DNA of 64,000 nt from the IMG/VR virus record IMGVR_UViG_3300046665_000548, positions 434,001-498,000 of that record. One strand, written 5' to 3'. The notes under the pieces were generated by a model. That model was not told where the DNA came from and did not search any database. It saw only the letters and a program-made list of their open reading frames with translations. Positions 63,063 to 64,000 of the stretch are shown one piece after another; within the stretch, counting starts at the first letter, position 1; every line of letters starts with the position of its first letter. A program made the position numbers and the translations under genes.

Positions 63063-64000
63063 TTAAGCCGCCTTCTGAGCGAACGACTTCTTGTCCTTCG
63101 GATCGTAATAGCAGGTGATGCCGAACGGAGCCTTGAGGTTGTGGTTCGAACCATGAACGACGAACAACGTGTCGCAATAGTTCGGATCGCCCCAGGTGCC
63201 GCCTGGATAGCCGTCCGTGAACATCACGAAGCGCTGCGGCTCGATGCCCTCACGTTTCATGTGCTCCCAGTTGCACTCGAACATGGTGCCACCGCCGCCA
63301 GCCATACCGTATTCATCGATCTCGTGAATGTTCTCGGCGGTGAATTCTTTGTAGTTGTAAATCTCGGTATCGAAGACCCACAGACGTACCTTGAAGTCGC
63401 GGAACGTAGTCATGATGCCCTTGACCTCAGAGAGGAAATCCCTGAGCATTTCCTCCGACATCGAGCCCGAACAGTCGATGGCAGCCGCCACATCAACGGT
63501 GTCCATGAAATCCTGCGCCGGAAGCATTGGGACAACACCCGCTCCGAATGCATCGAACACGTCATCCACGGAGTTTGCGCCGCCGTCGAAACGGTCGGTC
63601 AGACCGTCAGCCGCTTCCTTGGCAATCGACCACGTACGACGCGAAATGCGCGAGAAGGTGTAGTCGTCCTTGATCGAGCTACGAATGTGAGCATCGAGCA
63701 GCGAACGCCAATCCATCTTCGGGGTCAGCAGTTCATCGATCATGCGGCGAACGCCAGCCGGTACCTTACCGGCACCAACCTGCTGGGCGCTCTGGATGAC
63801 CGCAGCCTTGATCTCCGAGCGGATACGCTGGATGTCGTCTTCCGACAGCTTCGGCGGGCCGTTCTTGCCAGTCACGGTCACATCGACGTACTGACCATCA
63901 CCGTCGCCATCGCCATCCTGATCATCGCCGTCAGCACCAAGCTCCAGGTGCTCGTCCAGCGGCATGCGGATGGTCACCGAATCCTTCTGGAGCAGCGCGT
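63063..64000 (-). CDS. VWA-like domain protein (DUF2201-type metallopeptidase C-terminal part; N-terminus outside the window)
   Basis: AIDCSGSM MIDAS, FDT, GGGGTMF, FTDG. Confidence 0.85.
   Translation of the reverse strand, partial: ALLQKDSVTIRMPLDEHLELGADGDDQDGDGDGDGQYVDVTVTGKNGPPKLSEDDIQRIRSEIKAAVIQSAQQVGAGKVPAGVRRMIDELLTPKMDWRSLLDAHIRSSIKDDYTFSRISRRTWSIAKEAADGLTDRFDGGANSVDDVFDAFGAGVVPMLPAQDFMDTVDVAAAIDCSGSMSEEMLRDFLSEVKGIMTTFRDFKVRLWVFDTEIYNYKEFTAENIHEIDEYGMAGGGGTMFECNWEHMKREGIEPQRFVMFTDGYPGGTWGDPNYCDTLFVVHGSNHNLKAPFGITCYYDPKDKKSFAQKAA

Noticed and set aside
1-64000. Stop-codon reassignment
   Set aside because: Conserved enzymes are full length in the standard code, and TAA, TAG and TGA all terminate genes.
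1-64000. CRISPR array, tRNA cluster, integrase or IS element
   Set aside because: No regularly spaced direct repeats, cloverleafs or recombinase/transposase motifs found by eye; tRNAscan-SE would be needed to exclude atypical tRNAs.

Overview
A 64-kb segment of a large, gene-dense T4-like (probably jumbo) myophage genome. Its host-like genes (prs, rpsU, clpP, tyrS) look alphaproteobacterial. It encodes virion modules: gp6- and gp25-like baseplate proteins, two repeat-rich fibre proteins and an Ig-like baseplate protein. It also carries many host-takeover and counter-defence genes: a complete NAD+ recycling route (Nudix-NadM, Prs, Nampt), Sir2, macrodomain, 2H phosphoesterase, RNA ligase 1, CCA enzyme, TyrRS, bS21, IscA, two ClpPs, a J-domain protein, agmatinase, three AspH-like oxygenases and two Pol-beta-type nucleotidyltransferases. 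The most unusual items are five: (1) a late-promoter two-gene unit of a single-TM protein plus an output-less tandem PAS protein; (2) stand-alone truncated fragments of ClpB NBD2 and of DnaE; (3) a dispersed family of about 15 small paralogues ending in a F..E.DA..FKL-type motif; (4) two recurring promoter classes, several of which appear to give leaderless mRNAs; (5) an 81-nt structured intergenic RNA candidate. No tRNA, rRNA, CRISPR array or integrase was recognised. All family assignments come from motifs read by eye, not database searches.
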